Positions 1-13,600 of a stretch of DNA of 64,000 bases are shown one piece after another. Under the pieces are notes generated by a model. The model saw only the letters and a program-made list of their open reading frames with translations, had not been told where the DNA came from and did no database searches. The stretch comes from Marsupella aquatica. Its lineage: Eukaryota > Plantae > Marchantiophyta. Position numbers and translations under genes: made by a program. Where the stretch lies: assembly GCA_973895155.1 (NCBI GenBank), contig OZ316898.1:2145927-2209926 (forward strand), read 5' to 3'. Within the stretch, counting starts at the first letter, position 1; each line of letters opens with the position of its first letter.

Positions 1-1
1 G

Positions 2-280
2 ATGGATTGTAATATGTTGGAGAGCCTTCCGGACAGTTTGGGGCAAGTCTCTTCTCTGAAAGACGTCATGTTTGTCAGTTGCCAGAGACTGAAGACTCTG
101 CCTGAAAGCTGGGGAAAGTCCGCGATTCAACGAGAATTGCTGCAAGGAGACCTTTCTGTTGAGCATAGGTTGCAAACAGAGGAGTCCTCCCAGACCAAGA
201 AAACGGAGGTGATGCCACTAATCATTATAGGGTGTCCCTTGATGAGTCGAAGCGGGGAAGTTTCGGTCACCCAATTCTAA
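2..280 (+). CDS. 3' end of a leucine-rich-repeat protein (NLR-like LRR tail), truncated by the window start
   Basis: Translation CNMLESLPDSLGQVSSLKDV..SCQRLKTLPESWG..LIIIGCPLM fits the plant NLR-type LRR pattern CxxLxxLPxxLxxLxxL; stop at 278-280. Confidence 0.6.
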   Translation: MDCNMLESLPDSLGQVSSLKDVMFVSCQRLKTLPESWGKSAIQRELLQGDLSVEHRLQTEESSQTKKTEVMPLIIIGCPLMSRSGEVSVTQF

Positions 281-2366
281 TCACCTACTAGACACCAATA
301 GAAAGAATCCTTCGAAAGCTTTCAGGTTGCACGGGGAGCTGACTGATGGGATTTTAGCTTGGCCTGAAGGTGTACTCAACGATGTCAAAAGTTACTTTTT
401 GATATTGAGATGTCTGGACAAGCAAGCCGCATTAGAGGCCAGGGGTTACCCATCGATCAAAGTTGCTTAGGATCATGTTGGATTTATGGTTGACAGCGAT
501 CGTGGCTGGCCATTTTATGAAGAAACTCAAGGTAGAAAGATGTGGACAGTTTCTTTATCGATTCTAAATGTAATATTTGCCGTGACGAATGGGGCAAAGA
601 CCTGTTGGGTTGTCCACGTTCTCTGCTGTCACCACTCACCAGTATCTTTTCTAGGTAGGCTGGTAACGAGCTCTTCTTTGGTTGACTACTGGATATCTTA
701 TGCAAATGATTTCATTGATCCATACAAGATCGGGGATGCAAAGCCTGGGGATGGGCCACGGAAGACGTTGAGATCCATGTTCACGTACAGGAGAGAAGGT
801 GAGATGAACAGTCTTCACAGGAATATGAAGCTCTTGTCATGGTCGTAAATGATCTTCCATTGCAGTCCTTCATTCCGTTCAAGTATGCAGGCAGCAGCAT
901 CATGCAACAAGAGTGAGTTGCCGTGCAAGTGCACAGAGAATTGCGTTTGCCGCAAGTGAAACACGATTAGGTGGGTCACGTGGCAAAAACTTATGGCAGG
1001 CAGGTGGGTCAAGTTCGCAATTTATTATGGCTTTCACAGGAGCCATAGTATCACCAGTTGCCCCGACAGTAGAGCTTTACCATGTCTTGCAAGGCATAGA
1101 AAGAGAGTCTGTGCTGGCGTAATTTCCCAGTGCTCATTTTGTAGACAACAGTTAAAATCTGATGCCAAATAATTCAATTCAGAACTTCCTACTAAACTCC
1201 TGCCTTCAGTCGTGACAATACTCGACGGAGAGACGATTCAAGGTTTGGATGTACATACTCGAGCCCCTAATAAAGTGGCACTCAAGTACAGTCTCCATAG
1301 CAAATTACTGTATGTACAGTGGGATAATCGAATTGGACTGGGGCAACGAAGTCTACAGTGGTGCGCCAAATCGCTGTCAATTCATCCACGACTTCAACAA
1401 GTTCCGTGGCCCGCAAAAAATAGTTTTGGGGTTGCCAGTGTGACAATTTTCAGTTCTGGACTTCGGCGGTGAGGTTTCTTCTTACTTCCGTAGCCTTCTC
1501 CAGTTTTCGTCCGTGGTGGGTCATACGTAATCGAGGGCCAATCTCGCCAAACAGCAAACTGAATCCGGATTTTCGGGATGAAATTCTCCACAGCCAGCCG
1601 ATGGAGGTTTCCGAATGAAATCCGTCATTGGAAATGTGGATATTATCCTTGGTGGGTTAAGAGAATGCATCGGGCACATCCACCTCGAATGCTAGGAATG
1701 AAGATGTTGTCCACGACAAGTGAGCCTGGGTTTCCGTGATCTCGAGTCATTCCCACTCCTTGCTTTCCAACCAGTCCAAGCCGAAAATGTTTCCCCTGTC
1801 CAAGCTCGGAGGTACGCACGCATGTGGGGACACCAGGCTCTGAAAGGGTATCAGCAGCCGCATTTCTTCGCCAATTCTCCATGCTTCGCCGACTAAAGAT
1901 CAGAGAAAAGGCATGGCTGACACTGCTCTTCGATCATTTTGCGGCGCATACAGTTCTCTTGTTCTCCACCGATCGAGTGGACCAGCCCCGCTCATCGTCA
2001 TTGATCTCGTTGGAAGGCTATGGAGAAAAGTGCTCGACAAACAAGCCCCAAGAGAATGATTCCGTTTGTAAAAATCGTGCTAGATCCATTGAATTGTCTG
2101 TTCCACCACCGCTGATGAAATTCCGGCTGCTCCTGTTCGCGTACTCCACTGTTGCAGAGGGTCCTTTCGCCGCCATACCGGGCATAATGTGGAGTCGTGC
2201 CATGGGGTCCCTTCCGCCGTTCTTTTCTCTATGAGTGCCTTTCTTCTCAATCCGAGCATTTAATTCGAGTATGAAAATGTGAATATTTTAATAGGGAGTC
2301 TCATACATGTAGATCTCCGGAAATATTACTGGCCCAAAAGTACCAGTTTAAGTCTGCGGATTAGCT

Positions 2367-2650
2367 TTTTTGTGTCCTCCACTTTAGTTGGGGGAAAACT
2401 ACTTTGATCATTTTGTGTCCTCCACTTTAGTTGGGGGAAAACTACCTTGATCAAGTTTTTTTTGGGTCCGCCACTTTGGTTCAGGGAAAACTACCTGCGA
2501 GTGTATGGACAAGCTTTTTTGTGTTAGCCACTTTAGTTGGGGGAAAACTACCTTGATCAAGTTTTTTTGGGTCTGCCACTTTTGTTCAGGGAAAACTAAC
2601 TTGGTCGCAACCCGAGGGAAAACTAACTTGGTTGCAACCCGAGGAAAAAC
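2367..2650. repeat. Degenerate tandem array of ~45-bp units (ccacttt.gtt.gggaaaactac) ending in a short duplicated unit (gggaaaactaacttggt.gcaacccgagg)
   Basis: Five copies of the ccacttt...gggaaaacta motif, then a two-copy ~26-bp unit, read directly. Confidence 0.8.
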
Positions 2651-3793
2651 ACAGAGGTTTAAGAAGCCCTAGTAGAGTTTTCACTAAAGTGGTAGAAGGT
2701 GTTGGAAATTAACCACACTAGAATCCAAGCATGAAAGGCTTGTACCTCAGGGGTAGAGCAATGTGATGTACACCCGAGGTCCTAGGTTTACTATGTAATT
2801 TGACAATAGGGTCTCAATTCATTGGCTCTTTGAAAACGAGCATCAGTTTGATAGAAACATTAAGAAACGAGCTTTTATTATAAACAAGCTTTTAAACTTT
2901 TTCTTTGTTTCTAATGAAACAAATGGTGAGATTTAGTGAATGGAAGGGACAAGTCTCAATGTTTTGGTTTGTGTTGAGCTTCCACAGCATTTTCCAGGTA
3001 CAACCTAAGAGAGAATTGGCCTAGAGAAAATGGATGGTCACTTATCTTGGATTTAGTGTGTTCTTCGTTTCATGGGTTCATTGGGACAAGAGTTTGGTCC
3101 CAAGCTGGTTCTTCATTGACAAATTTTCTCAAACATTAATAAGAGAATAAATGTCCAAAAGGAGTTTGTCCAAGAATAATGTCCCCCACACTTCCTCATA
3201 CTATTTTCAATCATCAGTTCGTAAGGTATCCTAATGCTATTTATTAACGTGGGTTCACTTGACATGTTATTAAGCCAGCTGTCCATCTGTCGCCTGTTCG
3301 TAGCAGGCATGCATTCATTCCCAGTTTTATACCATCCCAAAACATGCATTTGAACCACTCTGAAAAGTTTCTGATGCAAACAAATAGAGGCGAGTGTAGT
3401 CCACTAGTTTTGGTGGGGTTGGGGGGAGTCTTACTTTGGTGTGAACACAGTTTTGAACCATCTCAGAAGCAAACTGACACATAGCATAACTTTAGCCATT
3501 GACAGAAATTTTCGATATGAGGGAGATATGGATTTTTCTCAAAAATTCTAAGTTTCTGGACTTTTGTTACTAGACTCATAAAAGTGGACACAAGATGAGA
3601 GGGAGAAATTGTGGGCTTTAGAATCTTAGTACTTTAGAATCTTCCTACTAATTTGAGAAAGAAAGCTAGAGTTGGGGTCTAGGTTTCTAAAGTGAATACT
3701 CTAGAGAGTAACTCTAGGGCCCCAATAATTGCATGTGGATGTATGGTATGTAAAAACTGATCATGCTGATTTTTGTTATCACTCTATTTATTT

Positions 3794-3966
3794 TTGTCAT
3801 TCAAAAAATGGGCATTCTGGCTCGTGGCAATTAATTACAGTAGAGAGGAAACAACAGAAAACTATGATAGTGTGATAAATTATTGTCATTCAACAAAATG
3901 GGCATTCTGGCTCGTGGCAATTAATTAGAGTAGAGAGGGAACAACAGAAAACTATGATAGTGTGAT
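3794..3966. repeat. Direct duplication of ~89 bp
   Basis: ttgtcattcaa..aaatgggcattctggctcgtggcaattaatta.agtagagagg.aacaacagaaaactatgatagtgtgat occurs twice in tandem. Confidence 0.85.
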
Positions 3967-5700
3967 CATACATAAACAGGAAAGCAACTCATTCTGCATG
4001 TAGAGTTCTGACAAATAACCCCATTTAAAAAGGTCTTGTCTGATACGTTCCATAATTTTGTACTGGGACTTTGTGATCATCCATCTCATATCACAAGAAA
4101 CATCTGGTTCTCAACTCTCGATTGAAAGGAGTTCAGAGTCTGAACTGAATACAGGTCTCGAGTCTAGAATGAAAGGTGAAAGGATTTCACAATTTGGACT
4201 CAATCACCGAACACAACGATTCGTGTACTGGATATGCGCACAGATGCTCCGAGTGACATCGACCAGAATGACATTTATCCGCTACTGCAACAGCGCTTCA
4301 ATCAGGACAACTGACAGTTTCCTAGCATAGTTTGATTCTGTAGGTGATATGGATTCAACTAGGGACACTCGCTCTCACTGATAGCTCACAGGATGGAGAC
4401 CGTGAGCTTCACAGTAGCAGCGCCATTTTTCTGTTAGAGTTCTCGTCTTGATTTTGGCGCTTTACAATTGATTCAATCCAATGCAAGTGGATAAAAGGCA
4501 TCGAGCATTTGTCTCGCTTCTCCTCTGTTGGAACTTATTTAATGACTGCTTTCCTTTCAGTAGAATGTAGATTCGGAGCCCTCTTCTATGATCCGAGTGG
4601 GTCGCAAGATTGACAACAGTAATGGCACAGCAATTTTTGTCGAGTGCTTCTTAATTCGCTCTCGAATTCGCTCTCCTATAATAGTAGCAGGTCCCACCAA
4701 TTCCAGCGTTTGTCGCAGGTCTAGACGTTGAAGCTAGGATGGAAAAGCACGGCAAGCCACGACTCGTCTGAGGTCGGCCCACCCTTGCGAGAACCGCCAT
4801 ATCTCGATGCACTCCTCACGGTGGAGGTGAAGCTATGTAGCCCAGGACCCGCCGTCAAGCTGCAATGCGAGCTGCGATGCGTTCCTACGATCGTCGGTTC
4901 CTGTAATCACGGCGGTCAGTGTGGGAAGCAGCGTTTCTCTTTGTCCAATTTAGCTACACGATGGCGTTGACATCGCCGAGAGAGCATTATTTTTAGTACG
5001 TGGCGCTCAAGCAGGGGAATGATGTCCGTGTACTGTAGGTACGAGCTACGCATATATCTGGCGCAGTTCTCTCCTCGCACCTGGATCCGGACTTCACTCA
5101 GAGTCTCGAACACTATCATCATGTTGCGAAACGAGAGCCACCAGAGTTCTAGCATGGGCAAAACAGTCGTGTCACATTGACAACAGATTTACGTTGTGCA
5201 TGTTATATCACTTTCATCATATTCTAAAAGCAACGGCTCGATCGATACATTGCGTCTCTCGTGGTCAGACTCGCCTGTAGTTTCCATCACTCCCAGCTAC
5301 ATTGCATTGTGGTCATCTGGATCTAGCCGCTAGTTGACAATAATTTTCGATCTTAGATTTCTCCTTTGCAGCTTACGATTATAGGTCTGGACTTACTCCA
5401 ATCCAAGACTTCGACATCGAATTCGCGTGAGCGATGTCGACCGTCCAGTGCACTTCACATCCGGCGAACTGTTGCTGGTCCAGTAGATTCTCTATTCTTT
5501 GTGGTTTTGAGGCCACCATCCTGAGAGCAAAATTGTCAGGATTCTTATGGTGGAAGTGAGGGCGAGAGCATTTGGACGAGGAAGCATTGAGAAACAGTGT
5601 ATGTAGTGACATCGAGGAGTCCTGCAACTGATTAAGACGCAGCTGCGATAAGGGAAGATTTTGGTAAAAGCAATTGTAAGAAATCGAACCTCAATTAACA

Positions 5701-8700
5701 ATGAAAGAGGTGAACGGCCCATCAGTTGCATCCTCGAGCTCCAGCTCGAGCAGCGTGGAGAGCGTCGCGGGGAGCGTTGTGACGAAATTCTGGAACCCCA
5801 GGCTACGGACCCATTTTGGCGCCGGACTCGTGACCGTCGGCGTCGTGTCGTTGATGATAGTCCTGCAAATAAGGGGGAGTGTACAGAGTGGCGTTTTCGA
5901 TGACATCAAACGTCGACTGATCCATCCTTTAAATCCACCAGAAGAGGTGGACATGCCGCAGCATTGGAATGACAGTTCTCACGAGTTTCTACCCATCATT
6001 TCTGACTGGGACCAGCAGAGGTTGAGATGGATGGAAGGCGATCCTGATTTTAAGATACTAGCGAAGGGAATACGACCGAGAGTTCTGGTCGTTACGGGCT
6101 CCTCTCAAGACGAGGGTGAGCTCTACATATTGTCCCATCTGTTACTGAGAGCTGCCAAGAATAAACAGGACTACACTCAAATGCACGACATGGAACTGTA
6201 CTACAACATGATTAACCCGGACCCGGAATTCAGTCACTGGTGGGTGAAGCTTCCCGTCGTTCGAATGCTCATGCTCCGACACCCAAAGGTAACAGCGTGG
6301 CAATCGAGACATTGAACTCATAGTCCACTGACGGTCCCATGCACAGAGGATATTTATGTGTTCGTTTAGGAGTTGTATTATGATCATGTGATCCGTAACA
6401 TGTTGATCGAGTGACGTGTGGTATATACAAGACAACCTGTTATGTGTTAAGAGCAAATTAAAAAAACTGAGGATCATTTGCGTCACATGAGTCTACTTAC
6501 GTTATGTGGGCCTTTCCAAGCTTTTCAGTCAAACTCTCAGAGATTCAATTCATATGTAAAATGACTTCTTTGATCTACATGAAAAAATTGCGACTCTTCT
6601 CAAATCTTATGAGCACTCACTGGCTCTTTGACTCAGGTGGAGTGGATATGGTGGCTAGACGCAGATGCAGTTTTCACAGATATGACGTTCGAGCCTCCCT
6701 TCGCTGAGCTAGTTCGCCACAATTTGGTGTTATTCGGAGAGGATTCCCTGGTGCACAACGACAATTTGGATCCGAGAGGCCTAAACACTGGGGTCTTCAT
6801 GATTCGAAATTGTCAGTGGTCTCTGGATCTCCTGGGCGCGTGGGCGAATTCGTGGACGAGCAGCAAGAGAGAAGAGGCTGGCGATATGAAATCCCGGGAG
6901 GAGATGGAAGTCAATCGCACAGTGGACGTCGTTCCAGGAGATGATCGATCGAGCCTCGTTGCCCTCCTTGCCCAGGACAAAAGGAATCCTAGTGGCGATC
7001 AAAAATGGGTCCCAAAGGTGAAGCTGCTCGAGGAGACAGATTATGTCATGAAGTGGAATAATTGGACAGTCGTTGGGCCTCCACTCGAAGAGCTGAACCC
7101 AGACAAGGATCCTGTACTACGGCCCTTTATTACCCATTTTGAAGGCTGTCTGCTCTATCTCTCCGACGTAACCCGGCCTTCGAGACAGGATTCGGAAAAT
7201 TTCCATGTCTGCGTAGAGCAACTCGAACGCGCATTTGACTTCGCTGAGAACCAGGTAAGAGAGAGTCAGTCTTTTTTTGGGGTTACCAAAGACTTGTGTT
7301 GGAGTGTCAAAGATGACTGGGAAGGTGCAATTAAGTCACACGATTGTTGCTTGACAAAAGCCAGTGTTTTCGACGATTTGCTAGGTGTTAAGAAACGAAG
7401 TTTTCTGGGTTCTTATTGACTCGAGCTTCTTATCAACATTTCATGGAACTTCTTCTTATTTCGCTGTTAGGAGTTTGAGAAGATTTTGTTTGAAATTGTG
7501 CAATGGATTCACTTAGCAGAAGAAACCTCGATACTGTAGACGTATCAGCTGGACTGATTCAGTCACGTGGAAAAATGACAGAAAATTAGAGAGTCGGCGG
7601 AGAAAATATGAAATTTGACATTATGTGTGTAAATGTGTGTACGACTGGAGAGCAACATATTTTCTTTTTTCTCATACTTGCAAACATATAGGGCTTCTTC
7701 AATTTATGACGTTGGCGGATATCTTGACCTTAGCTCCATGTTGACAAATCCTTCCAGGTGTATACAGAGCTGGGGCTAGAAAGGAGTACTCTTGGCAACT
7801 CGTCAGAGCCTTTCACCTGGAAAGACGCTCCCAAAGAGGAATCGACAGAACAGGCGTTCAGTATCCTACCTGTTGTAACGAATTGGGATGAGACCAGAAA
7901 AGCTTACATGGAGAGTAAACCTTGGATTAAGAAGGAGTCGGTAGTGATTCTGAGCGGGTCTTCACCGACACCCTGCACGGAGAAGGAAGGATCTCACCTG
8001 CTCGTTCGGTAATAATCAGATTTCTAAATGTTTGAAAACCCTTGGTGACCATTTCAAGAACCATTTCATCCGTAATCACTACACTATGTTCGCGGATTGT
8101 CCTAGCGTGATATTATTGACACAACTTTACTTTGACCTTTCAAAGTCATCCAATATTATTCCTGTAACTCCACGCATGATATTTTCCCAGTAACGCGTCC
8201 GGGAAGTCCAGATCACATTGCCCACAGTACTGCTGATGAGAATGAAGCACAACTGCAAAGATTTGCAAGATACATTGAACGCTGAGCTATTGCTGAAAGA
8301 AATTATGTGAACTCAATACTTCATCTTGCCTTCGATGCTAGTTTGCCTGTTTCTAATTTTCCGTAACTCCTCATGGTGATCTTGTTAGCTTATTCTTGTA
8401 ATTTCTTTCGATTTCGTGTGGACTTGTAGCTGACTTCTTATTACTCCTGATTTGAACACATGGTTTCAGGGGATTGAAGAACAAAATAGACTATAGTCGG
8501 CTCCATGACACCAGAATCTTCTACAACATGGCTGTTATTCACGAGAAGTTGACAGGTACTTTTCCCGATGCAATAATGAAAGGACGGTGCCATTTTTAAC
8601 AGTCTTGTTCCTTCGACTGAATCCTTTGCGAGTGTACATATTCTCCCAGATCGAGTGACGGTATCAATGTAGATGTAATTTCTTGAAATTATTTGGATCT

Positions 8701-10443
8701 CCCATTTTCCATTCTTTGTTCACAGAATATGAATTACTACAGGTACCGACGTCCATCGATTCTTTCGTTTTGCTGTTCGGATTCAGACAAAGTATGGAGC
8801 AACAGGTAGTTTGTTGAGTACTAGACAGTTTTGTGACGTCTATTATGGATGTAGAGAAACCTTCACAGTACCATAGCATAGAGAACGAGAGGCAACTTCA
8901 AGGTGAGTTAACGGTGCTTAGAGATACCAAACTAGAGAGAACTTATGCCAATGCATCTCACGTGTTGCCGGTCCGTGTTTCTGTTGTAAGGCTGGTGGTC
9001 AAAGCTTCCGGCTCTGAAGTTGATGATGATAAACAGCGTAGATGTGGAGTGGATATGGTGGACCGATAGCGATCTTGCGTTCACGAGTATGGATTTTGAA
9101 ATCCCGTTTGAAAGGTACAATCTCAACATTAACTCTCTAGAAGGGGCGTTATTTTGAAATTGGCCATCCTAACCAGAATTTGAACTTGTCAAGAAAAGAA
9201 ATTGTAAGAATGGCTTCGTACCAAGAATTCAAAGTGAGGGGCCGACACTAAAGTTTTGGAATTATTTTTGTCCGTTCTCAGGTACAATGCCGATAGCTAC
9301 AACCTTGTTCTGTGGGGTGAGGAGCATGAAGTGTTTGACCTCAAGAAGTACGACGGGATCAACACTGGAAGCATGTTGATACGAAATTGTCAGTGGTCGT
9401 TAGACCTCTTGGACAGCTGGGCATCTTTTTCAAACTTTACCTCCAACGTTCTGTGCAATTTTCTCAACAGGCCACAAATGGGGCCCCTAGACGACCAGTC
9501 CGGCTTGGTCTGCTTGCTCATCACGGAGCGAGAGAAGTGGGCATCTAAGGTGTACTTCGAGAAAAATATTGTGCTGACTGGGACCTGGATGTACTGGACC
9601 AGTCTGTTTGTCGATGAGCACAGAATGCGCGCAGATACGAGGCCACTTACGACCCACTTCGCTGGTTGCAGTCCCTGCGCAAGGAAAGACAGTTATGGCT
9701 CATGTTTTGAGATGTTTGACAGAACGTACAATTTCGCTGATAACCAAGTACTGGAAAACTACGGGCTTCGCCATGAGCGCCTTAACTCATCGAGTGTGAT
9801 TGGCGACTTTCAGAGAGATGTGCAGGTGTGGACCCATCTTGAAATAGAGAGAATGGTCACGAAATCCCAGAAAGAGAGTCTCTCTGCAAGTCACGAGGTG
9901 GATCAAGCCAACGAGAAGGAAGAGGTGAGCACAATCAATGAGGAGAAGGACGCGAAAGTGGAGCCGACTCAGGAGGAAGAGAAGGTTTCCGTAATCAAGG
10001 AGGAGGAGAAGCCGGAACCTACCAAGGAGCAAGAGGAGGTGACCAAAACCAAGGAGATCGAGAAGCTGGAGCCCACAAAGGAGCAAGATGCTGTGAACTC
10101 GACCAATGAGAATCAGCAGGTGACCTCAACCAAGGAGGAGGAGCAAGTCACCACAACCAAAGAGGAGAGGGAGGTGACATCAAATAGTGAGGAAGAGAAA
10201 GAGGTCCCGACTGAAGGGCAAGGAACGGACCAGACCAAGAACGGGGTGGACGCTCGCGTGGAGGAGAAGGTTGATAGACCCGAAACTTCTGAACCCGGGA
10301 ATGAATCCCCTAAGCAAAGGATGGAGACATATGCTTCCAACAAAGAGGTAGTGGTCGAGACAAAAACAGAGGAGACGGTTGACAGACGCCAGGAGTCTGA
10401 ACTTGGCAAGGGACCAAAGAAGGAGATTAAAGTACCTGGCTAA
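5701..10443 (+). CDS. Type II membrane glycosyltransferase with two tandem GT34 (GMA12/MNN10; XXT/galactomannan galactosyltransferase-like) domains and a Glu/Lys/Thr-rich C-terminal tail, ~942 aa
   Basis: Exons 5701-6288, 6637-7254, 7758-8008, 8470-8555, 8991-9114, 9282-10443 join in frame through GT-AG introns (2829 nt). N-terminal TM (AGLVTVGVVSLMIVLQI). Both domains show KNKxDY..H, WWxKLP, EWIWWxDxD, GxNTG..IRNCQWSLDLL, DD(R/Q)S, THFxGC and FA(E/D)NQV. Confidence 0.88.
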
Positions 10444-10625
10444 CGAGGTGCCTAGGGAGGACAGGGTGGAGCCAATACAGCAACATGATTGTGATGGATG
10501 GAACCAAGAAGAGCATGTTGAATAATCCCAAGAGGGTTTATGTCGATGCCAGGAGGACCACCACAATTGAAGAGGGAATAACTCAAAGTAAGGTGACCTT
10601 GAGAGGCGTTGAGCACAACAGCATC

Positions 10626-10697
10626 GTAGAGAAATCCGAGGAGTCAGCTAGGGTCATGGTAGAGAAATCCGAGGAGTCAGGTAAGGTCATGGTAGAG
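10626..10697 (+). repeat. 30-bp tandem repeat (~2.4 copies) encoding VEKSEES.(R/K)VM, downstream of the GT34 stop
   Basis: gtagagaaatccgaggagtcag.ta.ggtcatg repeated. Confidence 0.75.
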
Positions 10698-13600
10698 CAA
10701 TTCCGAAGAACCCTTATAGAATGAAGGAAGTACATAAAGCAGAGTCGAGCGAAGATGTTCGCAACCTAAGTTTCGATAGTGACGGACTTTTACCACACCA
10801 GAGAGTAAGAGAGGAAAGCAGAGGAGACTAAGGAAGATCCCTGAAACATACCTGTAAGACTGAAATACTTTTGTAGAGCTCAAACTCGAAGAGGACATTC
10901 AAGAGACAGCCCAGGAGGTCAAAAAAAGAGAGTCGCTATGGAAAAACGTTCCAGCTGGTAGAGAGGAGTCCATGAACCGCTTCTCAGTTTTCTCCCGACC
11001 AACCACCTAATTTTCCAGGATCATAATTGTTGTTCAGCACCAACGGAGGGAAAGGCTCCCTTCAAAATGTTGGACTCGAATAGAAATTGGAACATGTATT
11101 ATATACCTCCGCACCATCGAGAATCAGTACTGGGCCAGTGACATATAATACCGCCCGGGCAATTTAAATGAGAGTACCTTTCTTTGATCGGTGTTGAACA
11201 AGAAAAACTGCTAAGCCAGGGCAGAGATTGAAACTCTCCGCTCAAATCAGGGGGTTTTTCAGTATCCCGAAGGCATGTCATTCTGTGGAATTCGCTTGTG
11301 AAAAGTTGCAATTTCTGAAAGAGTTAATCTCACCCTGCGAAAATTGAATGTCCTGGAATTCAATTGGCGAACCTCTAGCAAGTGGGTAGAACATGACTAG
11401 ACACAGAGGGGCTTTGTGAACCTCCATCAAACCTCAACAACGGATTCTAGTGACGTTAGAAGGATTGGGGTCAAGCTTTTGGCAGTGGAATGGTATTTGC
11501 ATTGTCTAACTCACAACAAGAGGTCGTAGAATCAAGCCCTCGTTAATGCTGGTATAGCAGACATGCGTTTGTACATCTCTCATGGAACCCAGGCCAGAGC
11601 ACTTACGCCAATGCCTTATTGGCATTCTCGTGGCCGCTTCTATAATAGAAAAACCAGCTCTTCAAAGGCAATTCACAAAGTTGAACAACCGTCGCCAGAA
11701 AACCAAGCTCATGCCAATTTGGATCTAGATTTCTGAACTCTTTCTTCCTCCTCTAATCTCGACGCAACTCCTTCGTATTTCAGGAAAGGCAACTCCTTTG
11801 CATTGTTGACTGGCAATAGCTAGGATCTACAACAATCTACATCAAACTCTGAAATTACGGTGCATCCAGTTCATTGAGCATGCTTGTCTGCATTACACCT
11901 ACTTGGACAGAGGCAGATTGAAACAGAGGAAATTGAGGCACTGCAGTGAAATGCAGAAATTGAAACTTTACATTGCTGTGGTAAACGCTTTCAGTGCTTT
12001 CAATTTATTTTATGTTGGGATCCAGACAGCTTGTGCTGCTGATCACTTTAAAGCAAACATCTGCTTCATTGATAAGGTACTCGCTGTTGGGGAGGGAAAG
12101 ATGTTAAATTAAAGACATTAGAATTCAAAAGAAGCTCCTGAACTGAAAAACACAGAACGACAAGTGGTGAGTGCAGAGACTTTACCACCCCCCCCCCGCC
12201 AACAAAGGAAAGATGGAATTATTTGGTTGTGACCCTGTCTGTTGTAATGCTCAACCTTATTCAGTCCATCCCTGGAGCGCATGATTTCTGCTTTCTAAAA
12301 TCCATGGCCCACCCCTGCCAGCTGGACGATCCCCTCTAAAAATGGGCAGCAAGGGCGACCTACTAAAAGCTTGGATGGGGACTCTGGTTTCAAAGAGTCC
12401 CCTAAAGTGAAGGACAACGGCAGAAGCCTGCTTCCATTATTGTATTATATTCCTTTCCCTGCCCACCTTTCATATTTTGCAACATGTTCATGTCAGGAAT
12501 GAAAAAGGACCAGTTTATGAAAAAGTGTCAAACAAAATAGAATGGAGTAAACAGCAAAAGAGGTCCAGAGAAGATAAACACCAAAAAGGCCACTACAGCA
12601 CAACCCCATGAACCTAAAAGTAGGGGGGGGGAGGAGATAACGACCTACCACTGCAATAGTGTGATAAACTAACGGGACACACACAATATCTTAACTCTCT
12701 AAGCGGGGGACATGGATGCCCTCTAAGGGGCCAAGCCTCTCCTGAGGCACACTCATACCTGCGGTTGGAGATGAGACTGGGGATGTGGCTAAAGATGGGT
12801 GGTTCAAGCTAGAGCATGCTATATCAACATGGGAATCCGCTGACAAAAGTGCATTGTCAAAATGAACGGTGATGCTCCTATGGAACCCGCTGAATGTGAT
12901 GTCAAGGATGGAGATCCTTTTTATGACATGATATCTTCCTAGGTTTGGGTTGCATCTTTTTGGAGTTTTCTCCTTTTTTGTTCACTTTGGCAGGTTATTA
13001 AACCACAGCTACCCACCCCATTCCCTGCCAGTAGTGACTCTAAAAAGTGGAGCTCAAGTAAATTCCTATTGGAACTAACCTGTGCACTGTATAATGAGAA
13101 TTAGGGGTAATCTGTAGCTCTTGTACAAGTAGTTGTGATTTAAGAGGAAGTTGATGTTCGGTGAACCACATTTTTTGGCCATGCTACGCTAATAGCTTTT
13201 GAGGCTAAAAGGATAAACATTTTATGAAAGTGAAAATATTATTTATTTGAGTTTAGATCAAACCTTTGAAAATGGTACATTGTTGTTGTTTGTCCACGTG
13301 ATGGGGCCTTCTTTTTAATTTTCAAGTAAATTGTTTTCCTCCCATTTGATATGTACCCCGTCTCTTTCAAAGCAATAAGCAGAGCCAAAAAGCCTTTAAG
13401 AGATCTCCATCCAAAAAATTTAGTCAACATATGAATTTTAACTAAAATAAAACTTGACATTCATGTAAAGAGCAGCTTGGATCTCCTCCCAGCATAAAGC
13501 TTAGGCCAGGGTGCAGATCTCATCCCAGCTGAACTTGAACCCTAGAGAGACCTTGCCTCTGAACCATGCAATTTGGAAAATTAGATTGGGAATATTCATA

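Noticed and set aside
400-2260. Protein-like fragments on the minus strand, possibly a decayed gene
   Set aside because: Many stops in every frame and no family motif I can recognise.
4400-5200. GC-richer segment with short ORFs
   Set aside because: No recognisable domain or consistent splice structure.
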